The notes beneath the pieces are model-generated. The model was not told the DNA's origin. It ran no database searches and worked only from the letters and a program-made list of their open reading frames with translations. From Eledone cirrhosa (taxonomy: Eukaryota), in NCBI GenBank assembly GCA_964016885.1, contig OZ024765.1, positions 20,646,001 through 20,710,000 on the forward strand: a DNA stretch of 64,000 nucleotides, in the 5' to 3' direction. This document shows positions 42,762-54,486 of this stretch, piece after piece; position 1 is the stretch's first letter, and the number at the start of each line of letters is the position of its first letter. The position numbers and the translations under genes are program-made.

Positions 42762-43508
42762 ATATATATATGTATACATATATATACATATATATACAGA
42801 TATATACATATATATATATATATATGCAAATATACGTATATATATATATATATACATATATATGTATATATATATACATGTATATATATACATATATACG
42901 TATATATATACATATATATATACATATATACGTATATATATACATATATATGTATATATATACATATATATGTATATATATACATATATATGTATATATA
43001 TACATATATACATATATATGTATATATACACATATATGTATATATACACATATATGTATATATACACATATATGTATATATACATATATACATATATATG
43101 TATATATACACATATATGTATATATACACATGTATATACACACATATATATGTATATATATATACATGTATATATATACATATATACGTATATATATACA
43201 TATATACATATATATATACATATATACGTATATATATACATATATATGTATATATATACATATATATGTATATATATACATATATATGTATATATATACA
43301 TATATATGTATATATATACATATATATGTATACATATATACATATATATGTATATATACACATATATGTATATATACACATATATGTATATATACACATA
43401 TATGTATATATACACATATATGTATATATACACACACATATATATGTATATATATACATATATATATATATACATATATATACATATATATGTATATATA
43501 TATACATA

Positions 43509-43548
<40 letters not shown>

Positions 43549-43556
43549 TATGTATA

Positions 43557-44607
43557 TCATCATCATCATCGTTTAACGTCCATTTTCCACGCTAGCATGG
43601 GTCTGGACGGGAGTTTTCCCACTTGAGGCAAGAGTGGTTGTCTTGCTCGCATAGGACTGTCTGGCGGGTTTTCTACGGCTGGATGCCCTTCCTAACATCA
43701 ACCACGTTTACAGTGTGGGACTGGGAGGTTTTTACCGTGTTGCCTACACGGCCACATTACAGCGTGGACTGTGTGTATTTTTTGTCGTGACACCTACACG
43801 ACCTCATTTTTTTCGGGCTGGATGTTGTGGTACCAACATAACTTTACATTGAAAGGGGTGGTGTGGATGGGGTGTGGGTAGTGGGACGGGGGTGCATTTT
43901 GTTAGAGGTGCCTACTGACTGTAGTAGGTTTCACTTTGCACCACTTTGCACTTAGGTAAGGCGAGTCTTCTCTATTACTGAGTACCGCCAAAGCTCTCGG
44001 TCCAGTGATATTGTCTTGGAGAGGTGTAAGTGTGTGAGGTCGGAATTTATCAAGTTGTCCCAGGTTTTTCTGTGTCTGCCTACTCCGTGGCTACCGTCTA
44101 TTTTTATTGCTCTGCACTTTTTTATACAGCTGTCGTCTTTCATGCGCAACACGTGACCATACCAACGTAGCCTTCTCTCGAGTAAACAACATCTGATCCC
44201 TCTTATTTCTAACTTTTCCCTTAGTTTGTTAATGCTTTGCCGTTCACGTATATTACTATTACACATCCAGCGGAGTATGCAAGCTTCGTTCCTCTCTAGT
44301 CTGCGTATATCCTCTCCACACAATGCCCAGGTCTCACTGCCATGCAACATTGCTGTTCGTATGCAGGCATCGTACAACCTGCCTTTCATTTTTAGAGAGA
44401 ACCCTTTAGCGGCCAATGGTGGTATAAGCTCTCTGAACTTTTTCCATCCAGTTCTGACTCTAGCTACTGTACTTTCAGAGCACCCTCCCCCACTGCTGAT
44501 TTTGTCACCCTGGTAACGGAAGCTGTCCACTATTTCTATAGAACCATCTGTGCAATGGAATGAGCTAGTATTCTCTGGCAACTTGCTGCTACTTATTGCA
44601 CCAGAGC

Positions 44608-44608
<1 letters not shown>
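43557..44608 (-). mobile_element. RTE LINE 3' fragment, same family as 28090-30833
   Basis: Translation matches the C-terminus of the 794-aa ORF; same 3'UTR. Confidence 0.9.
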
Positions 44609-44683
<75 letters not shown>

Positions 44684-44760
44684 GTGTATATATTTATACA
44701 TATATGTATGTGTACCTGTATGTATATGTGTATGTATATGTATGTATGTGTATATATATA

Positions 44761-44831
<71 letters not shown>

Positions 44832-45550
44832 GCATGCTACTGTACGTCTGTATACATATATGTATGTACGTATACATACATACTTACATATATATTTATA
44901 CATATATATATATTTACACATATATATATGTATATATTTACACATATATATATGTATATATTTATACATATATATATGTATATATTTATACATATATATA
45001 TGTATATATTTATACATATATATATGTATATATTTATACATATATATATGTATATATTTATACATATATATATGTATATATTTATACATATATATATGTA
45101 TATATTTATACATATATATATGTATATATTTATACATATATATATGTATATATTTATACATATATATATATGTATATATTTATACATATATATGTATATA
45201 TTTATACATATATATGTATATATTTATACATATATATATGTATATATTTATACATATATATATGTATATATTTATACATATACATATATATATATTTATA
45301 CATATACATATGTATATATTTATACATATATATATATTTATACATATATATATATTTATACATATATATATGTATATATTTACACATATATATATGTATA
45401 TATTTACACATATATATATGTATATATTTACACATATATATATGTATATATTTACACATATATATATGTATATATTTATACATATATATATGTATATATT
45501 TAGACATATATATATGTATATATTTATACATATATATATGTATATATTTA

Positions 45551-45638
<88 letters not shown>

Positions 45639-45639
45639 C

Positions 45640-45671
<32 letters not shown>

Positions 45672-45681
45672 ATATATATAT

Positions 45682-45713
<32 letters not shown>

Positions 45714-45720
<7 letters not shown>

Positions 45721-45921
45721 TGTGAGGTTTTTTTACAAAATGAAAAATAACCGAGGTGTCCTACACGAGTGAAAGTATAAAGAAAAAAAGATGAAATCGG
45801 AAATGCAGTCTTATTTTTTTTAAAATATATATATTTATTTATTTGGTTCCTTTACCAGTTTCGCAGTTCTTCTGCTGTTCAAAAGTAGAGTTGAGATGGA
45901 GGGTCTGTGGTTTATCTCACA
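45714..45921 (-). mobile_element. Decayed family D copy embedded in (AT)n
   Basis: Homologous to 19343-19552; core mutated to TTGAACA. Confidence 0.7.
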
Positions 45922-46014
45922 TATATATATGTATATATATATATACATATATATACGTATATATATATATACATATATATACGTATATATATATATACAT
46001 ATATATACGTATAA

Positions 46015-46062
<48 letters not shown>

Positions 46063-46413
46063 ATATACATATATATATGTATGTATATATACATATATAT
46101 ATGTATGTATATATACATATATATATGTATGTATATATACATATACATATATATACATATATATATATACAAATATATATGTATAAATATATACATATAT
46201 ATATGTATAAATATATACATATATATATGTATGTATATATACATATATATATGTATATATATATACATATATATATGTATAAATATATACATATATATAT
46301 GTATAAATATATACATATATATATGTATAAATATATACATATATATATGTATAAATATATACATACATATATGTATAAATATATATATGTATAAATATAT
46401 ACATATATATATG

Positions 46414-46449
<36 letters not shown>

Positions 46450-47087
46450 CATATATATATGTATATATATATATACATATATATATGTATATATATATAT
46501 ACATATATATATATGTATATATATACATATATATATATGTATATATATACATATATTAATAAGAGGAATTCCAACTTTGTCTGATTTACTCGTTTTATTT
46601 ACAATCCTTTAAAATATATATAATGGTATTATAATGAAATAGTATGATAGAATATTAAATTCTAAGTGTTAATTGAACAAGTACTTTCATGCTTTCGCAA
46701 TCTTCAGGTTCATGATATGTGGTGACAGTCGAGTTTGCAATTTTCAACTGTAATGAGATGGGTAAATTTCCTACCTTTTATACATTTTATACAGAGAAAA
46801 GTGGCTCCAGAATGCAAAGCCCTGTAAACTATATTTCGACCAATCAGTGTGTAGTTTCACTGAATTACTACAGCTGATTGGTTTAAGCGTCACGGCTGGT
46901 TGAACATGCTAACGACCAATAGTCATATCCAACGTATCAATTGTTTTGCTTTTTTGAAATGATGAAAATAGCATTTTCTATTAATCATCACCATCAACAT
47001 CACTTTTATTATTATTATTATTGTTGTTGTTGTTGTTGTTAGTGGTCGTGGTCATAGTGGTAGTAGAAGTAATACCCCTAGGCGTTA

Positions 47088-49274
47088 TTATTGTTCATTT
47101 AGCTTGGGTTTGAATTTATCAATAAAATTCTTTTCTTTGATTTTTCTCTTGATTTCATTTGGGCTGTGTAATTTGTAGAATGGGAATATTATAAATATTC
47201 CCTGACCACATGTTGCCAGGTGGCCGCTTAGGGGTATCTGACGGACATTTGGGTCTCTGATTTGTTGACGGTGTACCCGTGCACGTTCCGATAGTGCATT
47301 TCCAGTTTGACCGACATATAGTTCTTCACAATTCGGGCATTTAATGCAGTAAATTAGATTTCTGCTTTTGCAGTTCATATTTGCATTTGTGAATATTTTT
47401 CCAGTTTTTGTTTTCATATATTGACCGGCGTGTATGGATTGACATGTGCCGCATCGATTATCATTGCATTTAGATACAGTGAATGATTGGTCTTTGTTGT
47501 TAAGGTCAAACTTTGCTTTTGTTAGCAATTGCTTCAAATTTTTTGGCTGTCTTTTACTAAGAGTCAAAGATCGATCTGTGATTAAGCCTTTTAATTCATT
47601 ACTTTGAGCAATGATCGGTAGGTTTGCTTTGGCAGTGTTGAAGATATTCTGGTGACATGGGTTGTGTGTCATTATAAATGGTATGACCAGTTCTTGGTTT
47701 CTTCTTCTTTGGGTTGTTCTAAGTTGTTGTATAGGTATTTTTATAGCCCGCTGTATGCCATTTTCTATAAGTAGAGATGGGTATTTTTGTTTGAGCAAAA
47801 ATTCTCTTAGTTCTGTTAGGCGTTTGTACCTGGTATTTGTATCTTCTACAATGGTACAAATTCTTCTGGCTAGGCAGTATGGGATGTTGCGTTTTGTATG
47901 AGGTGGATGGCACGACTTAAAATTCAGATATTGATGGGTGTCTGTGTGTTTATAATATATATCCGTGGTAATGGTGGTGTCGTTTTTGATTATCATTATA
48001 TCTAGGAATGGTAATTTGGTCCTACTCATCTCTTTTGTGAATTGGAGAGATGGGTGTAGGTTATTCAGGAGGATATTGAACTCATCCAGAGTATCTAGAG
48101 ATTCTGTCCAGATGATGAAACAGTCGTCAAGGTATCTCTTCCAAGATTTTTCAATGTACTTTCTAAAGTCAGTACTATATTTTTCCTCTATTTCTTGGTA
48201 GAGTTGTTGTTCTAAGTATCCCATTACAGAGTTCGCGTAAACGGGAGCAAACTTCGTTCCCATCGCTGTGCCTCTAATTTGGATGTAATTCTTTCCATTG
48301 AAGAAGAAAGTGTTGTTTTCCAGAATAAGTTTAACTGCGTCTAATATAAATGGCGCTGTGAATCTAATGGGAATCACTTCTCTATGTTTTTCCACCCAGT
48401 ATTTAACCGCCTTTATTCCTAAATCATGTGTAATGTTGGTGTAAAGGCTTACCACATCAAAACTGAGTAGAAGTGAATTCGTTTCCGTGGTTTTGGGAAG
48501 ATGGGACAGGAAGTCGATATCATCCCGGATGAAACTGGGTATGTGAATACATAGTGGTTTCAAAATAATGTCAACAAAATTGCTTAGACGGTGAGTGGGG
48601 CATGTTGGACCAGCTATAATAGGTCTAAGTTTTAAGTCTTTTGGGTGTAATAATTTAATGTACTCACTGTTTTGTTCTCTTACTGCCAGTTGTATTTCTT
48701 TTGACTTGTGAACTTTCGGTAGGCCATACAGGTTGCTGGGTTTCGGCTCAAAATTGGTGATGTAGTCTCTTTCCTTATCAGTAAATGAGTTGTGGTATTT
48801 TGAAGCCAGGTTGTTGATCTTCTTCATGATGTTGTGGTCTATATTTGACGGTATTTCATGATAGAATGTTGTGTCTTTCAGTTGTTCCTCAACCAAATCC
48901 TTGTAGTATTCAGTATCCATTATAACAACTGCACCCCCTTTATCTGCTTGTTTAATTATTATTGTTTTATCCTTTTGTATACGTTTAAGTGCAGACATTT
49001 CTGATTTGTTAATGTTTGGCCTAACATTAGTATTATGTCTAAGAGGAAATTTAGACAGGATGTCAATGTATTGGTCGAGATAGATATTTCTTCCTTTTGG
49101 CGGAGTGAAATTTGATTTATTCTTTACTAGTGATTCATCACTCTCATTATTTTTATCAGCGAAGAATTCTACAAGACGTAATTTTCGACAGAATTCTTGG
49201 GTATCCTCCTTCAGTTCTTGGTGGTTGACTGTTGGAGTCGGTGTGAATTTCAGTCCTTTTGACAGAATTTGCAT
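47088..49274 (-). CDS. PLE RT-GIY-YIG ORF2, copy in the full unit of the left arm
   Basis: Translation identical to 58691..60877. Confidence 0.95.
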   Translation of the reverse strand: MQILSKGLKFTPTPTVNHQELKEDTQEFCRKLRLVEFFADKNNESDESLVKNKSNFTPPKGRNIYLDQYIDILSKFPLRHNTNVRPNINKSEMSALKRIQKDKTIIIKQADKGGAVVIMDTEYYKDLVEEQLKDTTFYHEIPSNIDHNIMKKINNLASKYHNSFTDKERDYITNFEPKPSNLYGLPKVHKSKEIQLAVREQNSEYIKLLHPKDLKLRPIIAGPTCPTHRLSNFVDIILKPLCIHIPSFIRDDIDFLSHLPKTTETNSLLLSFDVVSLYTNITHDLGIKAVKYWVEKHREVIPIRFTAPFILDAVKLILENNTFFFNGKNYIQIRGTAMGTKFAPVYANSVMGYLEQQLYQEIEEKYSTDFRKYIEKSWKRYLDDCFIIWTESLDTLDEFNILLNNLHPSLQFTKEMSRTKLPFLDIMIIKNDTTITTDIYYKHTDTHQYLNFKSCHPPHTKRNIPYCLARRICTIVEDTNTRYKRLTELREFLLKQKYPSLLIENGIQRAIKIPIQQLRTTQRRRNQELVIPFIMTHNPCHQNIFNTAKANLPIIAQSNELKGLITDRSLTLSKRQPKNLKQLLTKAKFDLNNKDQSFTVSKCNDNRCGTCQSIHAGQYMKTKTGKIFTNANMNCKSRNLIYCIKCPNCEELYVGQTGNALSERARVHRQQIRDPNVRQIPLSGHLATCGQGIFIIFPFYKLHSPNEIKRKIKEKNFIDKFKPKLNEQ

Positions 49275-49321
49275 TTCATCATTGTCAAGATCTCTTTTAG
49301 ATAAATTAATTATTTTAGGAT

Positions 49322-50671
49322 CTACGTGTACAGCTGTTTTGGGTATGTTTCCTCCTGGAGTTTTTCTTTTTCCGGTTTTTGTTGTCCTGACGTTAAAAAA
49401 TGAATTTTTCTCTGTTCAGGATTTATATTCCTGTTGGTGTTCGCTTGATGAACTTTTGGTCGTGATATTATATTTGGTTTCGTTATGTATTTTGTCCTAT
49501 TTTTGGTATTCTGTATATTATTTTTCTTCCTGTTAGCATTATTTTTAACAATCTGGGAAAATGACCTAGGTTTGCTTTCAGGTTTAGATCGTTTTTTCGT
49601 CCAGTTTCTTGTGGGCAATCTCTGTTGAGATCTTGAGAGTGATCTGGTTATTCTACGTTTTGTTTCCACATTCCTTGTTGGTAGTCTCTGTTGAGATCTT
49701 GAGAATGATCTCCTGGTTTTACTACTTCTCATGGTCTGGTCAAAGGAATACCTATCGTGTTTGTGCTTTTTGTTCATGTTGTGTGCGATAGGGTGTTTTT
49801 GTAGAAAAAGCGAAGAGTTATTACCGTAGTTCTTCTTTGATTCAAGGTAAGGTGAGTGTTTGTGTTGGCACGTGTTCTGGCGTATGTTGTGTTGATGAGA
49901 TTGTCCACTTTTAATGCTTTTTCTCAGGGTTCCAGAGTCTTTACCGTAATTTGCAGCATATTCATCGAGAAATAATTGTTTCTGCTGCCATACCTTTCTT
50001 GATTTGTTTTCTTCTTTTGAGATATCTCCGATCCATAGTTCTCGTAGTTTTTCAGCTATAATACCAGTCGTTAGCTTTGAAATTTCAACTTCAATTTGGT
50101 CATCAATAGCTTCATATTTGGCTTTGTAGCGGGAATGTTTACATTCAGAAATGGAGATGTCGGTCCTGAATTTTGTCAATGTAAGTTCCCATCGGAGTTT
50201 TGTTTCTTCTTCTGGTTCTCCTGCAATTTCTGTAATTAGGTATTTACGAGGGAGTATGGGTGCCGTTAGAGAGAGCCATTTCGAATGTGTTTCGACATAT
50301 TTTTCGCATCTGTATGCTTTCCAGAAATTTTGTTTTCTTATGTTAAGGAATTTTTTCCATGTCTTCCACATTTCTTTTCTTATTCGATGTGTTTTGTTTT
50401 CCAAATTTCTTTCGTTTATTTCTGACATCCAAGGGGGTTGTGGTAGGCTTTCTCTTGTATCTTTGATAACTGTTGGTATAATTTCAGCTAAATTCTTAAT
50501 TTCAGAGTTTATATGTTCAGTTATAAGTTTTCCGTCTGTAGATTGTTTTTCTATTTCCTTTAAAATAGAGGATTGTGTGTCCATCATCGTGATAAGTGTT
50601 GATAATTTCGATGATATCTCCTTTAGAATTCTTTCTGATTCTGTTGGTTTCATTTGTTGCTTTCCAGACAT
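49322..50671 (-). CDS. PLE ORF1, copy in the left arm
   Basis: Mirror copy of 57294..58643. Confidence 0.85.
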   Translation of the reverse strand: MSGKQQMKPTESERILKEISSKLSTLITMMDTQSSILKEIEKQSTDGKLITEHINSEIKNLAEIIPTVIKDTRESLPQPPWMSEINERNLENKTHRIRKEMWKTWKKFLNIRKQNFWKAYRCEKYVETHSKWLSLTAPILPRKYLITEIAGEPEEETKLRWELTLTKFRTDISISECKHSRYKAKYEAIDDQIEVEISKLTTGIIAEKLRELWIGDISKEENKSRKVWQQKQLFLDEYAANYGKDSGTLRKSIKSGQSHQHNIRQNTCQHKHSPYLESKKNYGNNSSLFLQKHPIAHNMNKKHKHDRYSFDQTMRSSKTRRSFSRSQQRLPTRNVETKRRITRSLSRSQQRLPTRNWTKKRSKPESKPRSFSQIVKNNANRKKNNIQNTKNRTKYITKPNIISRPKVHQANTNRNINPEQRKIHFLTSGQQKPEKEKLQEETYPKQLYT

Positions 50672-51291
50672 GTTGGCATATACACAATAGGAATATATAT
50701 ATATAGATATAGATAGGTAAATATACACGGGTGTGTATGATTGTGTATAGAAGATTATATTAATAAGAGGAATTCCAACTTTGTCTGATTTACTCGTTTT
50801 ATTTACAATCCTTTAAAATATATATAATGGTATTATAATGAAATAGTATGATAGAATATTAAATTCTAAGTGTTAATTGAACAAGTACTTTCATGCTTTC
50901 GCAATCTTCAGGTTCATGATATGTGGTGACAGTCGAGTTTGCAATTTTCAACTGTAATGAGATGGGTAAATTTCCTACCTTTTATACATTTTATACAGAG
51001 AAAAGTGGCTCCAGAATGCAAAGCCCTGTAAACTATATTTCGACCAATCAGTGTGTAGTTTCACTGAATTACTACAGCTGATTGGTTTAAGCGTCACGGC
51101 TGGTTGAACATGCTAACGACCAATAGTCATATCCAACGTATCAATTGTTTTGCTTTTTTGAAATGATGAAAATAGCATTTTCTATTAATCATCACCATCA
51201 ACATCACTTTTATTATTATTATTATTGTTGTTGTTGTTGTTGTTAGTGGTCGTGGTCATAGTGGTAGTAGAAGTAATACCCCTAGGCGTTA

Positions 51292-53478
51292 TTATTGTTC
51301 ATTTAGCTTGGGTTTGAATTTATCAATAAAATTCTTTTCTTTGATTTTTCTCTTGATTTCATTTGGGCTGTGTAATTTGTAGAATGGGAATATTATAAAT
51401 ATTCCCTGACCACATGTTGCCAGGTGGCCGCTTAGGGGTATCTGACGGACATTTGGGTCTCTGATTTGTTGACGGTGTACCCGTGCACGTTCCGATAGTG
51501 CATTTCCAGTTTGACCGACATATAGTTCTTCACAATTCGGGCATTTAATGCAGTAAATTAGATTTCTGCTTTTGCAGTTCATATTTGCATTTGTGAATAT
51601 TTTTCCAGTTTTTGTTTTCATATATTGACCGGCGTGTATGGATTGACATGTGCCGCATCGATTATCATTGCATTTAGATACAGTGAATGATTGGTCTTTG
51701 TTGTTAAGGTCAAACTTTGCTTTTGTTAGCAATTGCTTCAAATTTTTTGGCTGTCTTTTACTAAGAGTCAAAGATCGATCTGTGATTAAGCCTTTTAATT
51801 CATTACTTTGAGCAATGATCGGTAGGTTTGCTTTGGCAGTGTTGAAGATATTCTGGTGACATGGGTTGTGTGTCATTATAAATGGTATGACCAGTTCTTG
51901 GTTTCTTCTTCTTTGGGTTGTTCTAAGTTGTTGTATAGGTATTTTTATAGCCCGCTGTATGCCATTTTCTATAAGTAGAGATGGGTATTTTTGTTTGAGC
52001 AAAAATTCTCTTAGTTCTGTTAGGCGTTTGTACCTGGTATTTGTATCTTCTACAATGGTACAAATTCTTCTGGCTAGGCAGTATGGGATGTTGCGTTTTG
52101 TATGAGGTGGATGGCACGACTTAAAATTCAGATATTGATGGGTGTCTGTGTGTTTATAATATATATCCGTGGTAATGGTGGTGTCGTTTTTGATTATCAT
52201 TATATCTAGGAATGGTAATTTGGTCCTACTCATCTCTTTTGTGAATTGGAGAGATGGGTGTAGGTTATTCAGGAGGATATTGAACTCATCCAGAGTATCT
52301 AGAGATTCTGTCCAGATGATGAAACAGTCGTCAAGGTATCTCTTCCAAGATTTTTCAATGTACTTTCTAAAGTCAGTACTATATTTTTCCTCTATTTCTT
52401 GGTAGAGTTGTTGTTCTAAGTATCCCATTACAGAGTTCGCGTAAACGGGAGCAAACTTCGTTCCCATCGCTGTGCCTCTAATTTGGATGTAATTCTTTCC
52501 ATTGAAGAAGAAAGTGTTGTTTTCCAGAATAAGTTTAACTGCGTCTAATATAAATGGCGCTGTGAATCTAATGGGAATCACTTCTCTATGTTTTTCCACC
52601 CAGTATTTAACCGCCTTTATTCCTAAATCATGTGTAGTGTTGGTGTAAAGGCTTACCACATCAAAACTGAGTAGAAGTGAATTCGTTTCCGTGGTTTTGG
52701 GAAGATGGGACAGGAAGTCGATATCATCCCGGATGAAACTGGGTATGTGAATACATAGTGGTTTCAAAATAATGTCAACAAAATTGCTTAGACGGTGAGT
52801 GGGGCATGTTGGACCAGCTATAATAGGTCTAAGTTTTAAGTCTTTTGGGTGTAATAATTTAATGTACTCACTGTTTTGTTCTCTTACTGCCAGTTGTATT
52901 TCTTTTGACTTGTGAACTTTCGGTAGGCCATACAGGTTGCTGGGTTTCGGCTCAAAATTGGTGATGTAGTCTCTTTCCTTATCAGTAAATGAGTTGTGGT
53001 ATTTTGAAGCCAGGTTGTTGATCTTCTTCATGATGTTGTGGTCTATATTTGACGGTATTTCATGATAGAATGTTGTGTCTTTCAGTTGTTCCTCAACCAA
53101 ATCCTTGTAGTATTCAGTATCCATTATAACAACTGCACCCCCTTTATCTGCTTGTTTAATTATTATTGTTTTATCCTTTTGTATACGTTTAAGTGCAGAC
53201 ATTTCTGATTTGTTAATGTTTGGCCTAACATTAGTATTATGTCTAAGAGGAAATTTAGACAGGATGTCAATGTATTGGTCGAGATAGATATTTCTTCCTT
53301 TTGGCGGAGTGAAATTTGATTTATTCTTTACTAGTGATTCATCACTCTCATTATTTTTATCAGCGAAGAATTCTACAAGACGTAATTTTCGACAGAATTC
53401 TTGGGTATCCTCCTTCAGTTCTTGGTGGTTGACTGTTGGAGTCGGTGTGAATTTCAGTCCTTTTGACAGAATTTGCAT
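51292..53478 (-). CDS. PLE RT-GIY-YIG ORF2, copy in the 5'-truncated unit of the left arm
   Basis: Identical except YTNITH->YTNTTH (substitution at 52637). Confidence 0.95.
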   Translation of the reverse strand: MQILSKGLKFTPTPTVNHQELKEDTQEFCRKLRLVEFFADKNNESDESLVKNKSNFTPPKGRNIYLDQYIDILSKFPLRHNTNVRPNINKSEMSALKRIQKDKTIIIKQADKGGAVVIMDTEYYKDLVEEQLKDTTFYHEIPSNIDHNIMKKINNLASKYHNSFTDKERDYITNFEPKPSNLYGLPKVHKSKEIQLAVREQNSEYIKLLHPKDLKLRPIIAGPTCPTHRLSNFVDIILKPLCIHIPSFIRDDIDFLSHLPKTTETNSLLLSFDVVSLYTNTTHDLGIKAVKYWVEKHREVIPIRFTAPFILDAVKLILENNTFFFNGKNYIQIRGTAMGTKFAPVYANSVMGYLEQQLYQEIEEKYSTDFRKYIEKSWKRYLDDCFIIWTESLDTLDEFNILLNNLHPSLQFTKEMSRTKLPFLDIMIIKNDTTITTDIYYKHTDTHQYLNFKSCHPPHTKRNIPYCLARRICTIVEDTNTRYKRLTELREFLLKQKYPSLLIENGIQRAIKIPIQQLRTTQRRRNQELVIPFIMTHNPCHQNIFNTAKANLPIIAQSNELKGLITDRSLTLSKRQPKNLKQLLTKAKFDLNNKDQSFTVSKCNDNRCGTCQSIHAGQYMKTKTGKIFTNANMNCKSRNLIYCIKCPNCEELYVGQTGNALSERARVHRQQIRDPNVRQIPLSGHLATCGQGIFIIFPFYKLHSPNEIKRKIKEKNFIDKFKPKLNEQ

Positions 53479-54486
53479 TTCATCATTGTCAAGATCTCTT
53501 TTAGATAAATTAATTATTTTAGGATCTACGTGTACAGCTGTTTTGGGTATGTTTCCTCCTGGAGTTTTTCTTTTTCCGGTTTTTGTTGTCCTGACGTTAA
53601 AAAATGAATTTTTCTCTGTTCAGGATTTATATTCCTGTTGGTGTTCGCTTGATGAACTTTTGGTCGTGATATTATATTTGGTTTCGTTATGTATTTTGTC
53701 CTATTTTTGGTATTCTGTATATTATTTTTCTTCCTGTTAGCATTATTTTTAACAATCTGGGAAAATGACCTAGGTTTGCTTTCATTTATTTCTCGATGAA
53801 TATGCTGCAAATTACGGTAAAGACTCTGGAACCCTGAGAAAAAGCATTAAAAGTGGACAATCTCATCAACACAACATACGCCAGAACACGTGCCAACACA
53901 AACACTCACCTTACCTTGAATCAAAGAAGAACTACGGTAATAACTCTTCGCTTTTTCTACAAAAACACCCTATCGCACACAACATGAACAAAAAGCACAA
54001 ACACGATAGGTATTCCTTTGACCAGACCATGAGAAGTAGTAAAACCAGGAGATCATTCTCAAGATCTCAACAGAGACTACCAACAAGGAATGTGGAAACA
54101 AAACGTAGAATAACCAGATCACTCTCAAGATCTCAACAGAGATTGCCCACAAGAAACTGGACGAAAAAACGATCTAAACCTGAAAGCAAACCTAGGTCAT
54201 TTTCCCAGATTGTTAAAAATAATGCTAACAGGAAGAAAAATAATATACAGAATACCAAAAATAGGACAAAATACATAACGAAACCAAATATAATATCACG
54301 ACCAAAAGTTCATCAAGCGAACACCAACAGGAATATAAATCCTGAACAGAGAAAAATTCATTTTTTAACGTCAGGACAACAAAAACCGGAAAAAGAAAAA
54401 CTCCAGGAGGAAACATACCCAAAACAGCTGTACACGTAGATCCTAAAATAATTAATTTATCTAAAAGAGATCTTGACAATGATGAA

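Noticed and set aside
49105-50690. Antisense ORFs (143 aa, 179 aa) within the PLE
   Set aside because: Shadow frames of ORF1/ORF2, repeated only because the units are identical; no recognisable motif.
53526-53810. 94-aa ORF across the palindrome centre
   Set aside because: Chimeric read-through of the inversion junction into the ORF1 tail.
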